From Trichoplax adhaerens (lineage: Eukaryota; Animalia; Placozoa): a DNA stretch of 8,120 nucleotides. The notes beneath the pieces are model-generated. The model was not told where the DNA came from and searched no databases. It was given only the letters and a program-made list of their open reading frames with translations. Within the stretch, counting starts at the first letter, position 1, and every line of letters starts with the position of its first letter. The stretch lies in assembly GCF_000150275.1 (NCBI RefSeq), contig NW_002061192.1, forward strand, positions 1 through 8,120, read 5' to 3'. The position numbers and the translations under genes are program-made. Shown piece after piece: positions 7,957-8,120 of this stretch.

Positions 7957-8120
7957 CTAAGTTATTTTGATGACTGTGACAGCATCATCGTCATTGCTAT
8001 TTCTGCTAATAGTAATAGAACTAGAATCTGAATGATCATCTTCATTGCTCTTATACATCTGAGTTATTTAGTTGTAACTTCACTATTTGATGTGGGATTA
8101 TCTTGAGCTATTTTTGATGT
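7957..8120 (-). other. Possible 3' terminal coding segment of a gene entering from the right edge (S/T/N/D-rich tail)
   Basis: The frame from the edge reads TSKIAQDNPTSNSEVTTK* (stop 8066-8064). An adjacent frame continues ITQMYKSNEDDHSDSSSITISRNSNDDDAVTVIKIT* (stop 7959-7957). The composition resembles a disordered C-terminal tail, but there is no family motif. Confidence 0.25.

Overview
AT-rich eukaryotic genomic DNA, most likely from an animal, with short GT-AG introns and two assembly gaps (4878-4999, 6171-6492). None of the six supplied ORFs is a credible intact gene; the real coding signal is spliced. (1) On the minus strand, 667->8 holds the first two coding exons of a secreted or membrane protein: an 18-codon signal-peptide exon and a 96-codon exon with the hallmarks of the N-terminal C2 (MNNL) domain of Notch ligands (Delta/Serrate/Jagged-like). 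The gene continues off the left edge. (2) On the minus strand, about 7563->5927 reads as a multi-exon, stop-riddled F-box/leucine-rich-repeat (FBXL-like) pseudogene. (3) Between them lie a decayed ~140-bp tandem triplication, a 12-bp minisatellite bracketed by (AT)n, a 41-bp tandem repeat, a strand-skewed segment with a broken reading frame (possible mobile-element relic) and weak F-box-like fragments on the plus strand. The compact, AT-rich, short-intron architecture suggests an invertebrate or early-branching metazoan such as a placozoan; that is inference only.
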